From Pecten maximus (Eukaryota): DNA of 64,000 nucleotides. The notes under the pieces were generated by a model that was given only the letters and a program-made list of their open reading frames with translations, had not been told where the DNA came from and ran no database searches. Where the stretch lies: the NCBI RefSeq assembly GCF_902652985.1, contig NC_047018.1:11904001-11968000 (forward strand), read 5' to 3'. Position numbers and translations under genes: made by a program. This document shows positions 62,393-64,000 of this stretch, one piece after another (the first letter of the stretch is position 1; each line of letters begins with the position of its first letter).

Positions 62393-64000
62393 GGTGTGTT
62401 AATAGTCTAAATATGAAACTGATCACCAATTCGTTTTTTTTATTAATGATATTTGATGACCGTATTGAGGAAATTTGAATTTGAACTACCATATTTTAAA
62501 TGAGGAATCTACTATACTTGATACATGATTGAGCATGCGTACTGTAAATAGAATAATAAAAACAGGTGGTCAAGAAGCGGACACGCTTATAAGAAGACCG
62601 ATGACTGCTATTGCTATTGCTATTACCTGACCATTGGCTTAATGACTAATTAGCTTTTACTGGTATGACTAGCCCTGACACATTAGCATATCATGTACGA
62701 GTTGTTAGGTACTGTGTTAAACACTGGCCAGTGAACACAACCTATCATTTTTTAACAATACTATTTTCTTAACAATATTAGGTTTTCAACAACACTATCT
62801 CTTTTTGATGTCATTTAAGGTAAACATGGGAAAAAAATAACCCAATGTGTGGGAAATTCAAAGAACTAGGCACGACGCCCAGTTGATCATTATGTACCTT
62901 ACTGCTCTACAAAGGATAACACTACCAAATGACTACACTATCCGATTTATTTACGTATCCAATTAATACCCGAACATATTATCCCAGAATAAAATGAGAC
63001 TCCCATTGTCTTAATAATCAACCCGTTTTGCACAGAATACACTTAAACTTGTTTTTACAATGTGCAAAATGCAGAGCCTATTCCAGATCCGGTGTATGTT
63101 ATTAAGTTTGATGGAAAGTTTGACTCTATATATTCCTTCAGCATGCAATTTATTTGGCGTCAGTTGGATAATATTTTTAGTATGATATCATCACTTTCAT
63201 CTACTTATATCATCGATAACACACTCATATTATCCCCCTTCCTTGACATATCTCCGATTATATCTGAAGACGTCGAAGGCCTAGCTTTGATGTGAAGGAG
63301 GGAACACCGGGGAGTTTCGGAGTGGAGGGATACCCCATCACTTCCACGTAATGCTTTGATAACACGATATTCAACAACAAAATCGTTTGTACTGAAATGT
63401 AATCTCCTGTAATCATATTACATGCGGCCATTCCGACTAATGGTTGTTATCTCTCATTTATAATAAGGTCAGAACATACTTATGTAAGCCCTTCAGGATA
63501 CCTATAATAGTTTAATAACCTGTTGTATATCGTTAAGGTGTTATCAGCCACAGATACCATTATCTATACTGACAGGGAAACTCCTGTGCTGAAGTTATTC
63601 ATTATCAACGGAAATTACAAGTTTTACTGGAACAAAGAACATTGTAAAGGTTGACTCTGTACAACAGTTTGGTGTAATAAATGGTCCAGATATCCGTCCT
63701 ATTTTAAAAATCATCATATGTAATTACAAGCGCTCGGAGCTTTCCCAAAAATAGTACACGGAACATACATTATAGCTTTAGACACTCAGGCTATCTTTAA
63801 ATATCTTTAATATACAGCTTAAACGGCTAAATCTCAAATCGCCCAAGGCATTTGATTATTTTCAAGATGAAAGTAAGGCACCAAGTAAAATAACTATTCA
63901 ACATACAAGTTAAAGAAGGTGTTGTAAAAGAAACAAAATCATTCTACACCGAAAACTTGGCTCACGAATACCTTGACTTGTTTACACATCATAAAATCAT

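Overview
Eukaryotic, AT-rich, intron- and repeat-rich genomic DNA. The SINE, HINE-like and LINE families point to a mollusc, probably a bivalve (inference). Three spliced genes on the minus strand can be reconstructed by hand from GT/AG boundaries and consistent intron phases: (1) a complete 13-exon EFCAB14-like type II membrane/EF-hand gene (132-17430), with a second paralogous promoter + exon1 + exon2 module upstream (19960-21227) that is phase-compatible with its exon 3; (2) a complete 7-exon ATRAID/APR-3 gene (26600-34789); (3) the last three exons of a type-B carboxylesterase/cholinesterase-family gene (50705-57083). Mobile DNA includes two near-full-length degenerate LINEs (RTE-X-like and CR1-like), a 5'-truncated CR1-like LINE, a V-domain tRNA-SINE with a TSD, several Helentron-type non-autonomous elements, a TIR element with a TTAA TSD, and an intact 348-bp TRIM whose LTRs each contain a tRNA-like cloverleaf. 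Most long ORFs in the supplied track are artefacts of minisatellites. The most striking pattern is that several tandem arrays are amplified exon/intron junctions: their unit contains the real splice donor or acceptor of the adjacent exon (up to ~63 donor copies), and many other arrays begin within ~100 bp of an exon edge.
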